DNA of 64,000 nucleotides from Candidatus Multivorans sp. (GTDB lineage Bacteria; Acidobacteriota; Thermoanaerobaculia; Multivoradales; Multivoraceae): NCBI GenBank assembly GCA_965208755.1, contig OZ242353.1, positions 3,138,671 to 3,202,670 of the forward strand, read 5' to 3'. Shown piece by piece: positions 63,935 to 64,000 of this stretch (position 1 is its first letter; each line of letters starts with the position of its first letter). The notes under the pieces were generated by a model. It saw only the letters and a program-made list of their open reading frames with translations, ran no database searches and was not told where the DNA came from. The position numbers and the translations under genes were made by a program.

Positions 63935-64000
63935 CTCCGACCCCCCGACCGGTGTCCGCGTGGCGTGAACTGGGCCGCCGCATTCGTCGCGGCCGGGACT

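Overview
High-GC bacterial chromosome segment. My spot counts of single 60-nt lines give about 70% G+C in the flanks. The cell envelope looks Gram-negative (TonB-dependent receptor, many lipoproteins). I call about 42 genes, one tRNA, and a family of GC-rich palindromic repeats. Most long ORFs in the six-frame track are antisense or out-of-frame artefacts of the high GC content.

Layout:
(1) 0-6.5 kb: a translationally coupled pair (multihaem cytochrome c and a beta-propeller dehydrogenase-like protein), plus a TPR lipoprotein with an apparent frameshift near its 3' end.
(2) 6.6-18.8 kb: a polyketide locus. One 3,443-aa fully reducing type I PKS has the order KS-AT-DH-cMT-psiKR-ER-KR-ACP followed by a second, degenerate KS-AT. 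It faces a free-standing ACP, an Sfp-type PPTase and an alpha/beta hydrolase.
(3) 19.0-30.3 kb: a lower-GC island (spot counts 52-65%), which is the most interesting part. A 1,369-aa orphan protein with an N-terminal HigA/XRE-type HTH sits 35 nt upstream of hsdR. It is followed by hsdS, a small low-GC GIY-YIG-like ORF, a yefM-yoeB toxin-antitoxin pair, and only then hsdM. The giant gene has a near-consensus promoter whose spacer is a palindrome, and it looks leaderless.
(4) 30.3-36.7 kb: a coupled operon of sulfatase-TPR, CRTAC1/ASPIC-like protein, and SulP-STAS-cNMP permease.
(5) 36.7-37.1 kb: an intergenic region with a REP-like copy and a 30-bp perfect inverted repeat.
(6) 37-45.8 kb: a TonB-dependent receptor, a DapA-family gene, and a coupled operon of secreted proteins of unknown function led by a 69-aa Cys-rich peptide gene.
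(7) 45.9-56.9 kb: a TRAP transporter and a probable hydroxyproline/proline-derivative catabolic cluster.
(8) 57-64 kb: an ABC importer, an MFS transporter, an ERG4/ERG24-type reductase, the initiator tRNA-fMet and ftsB.

No CRISPR array, rRNA, integrase or transposase was seen. All family assignments come from motif recognition by eye. No database search was run.
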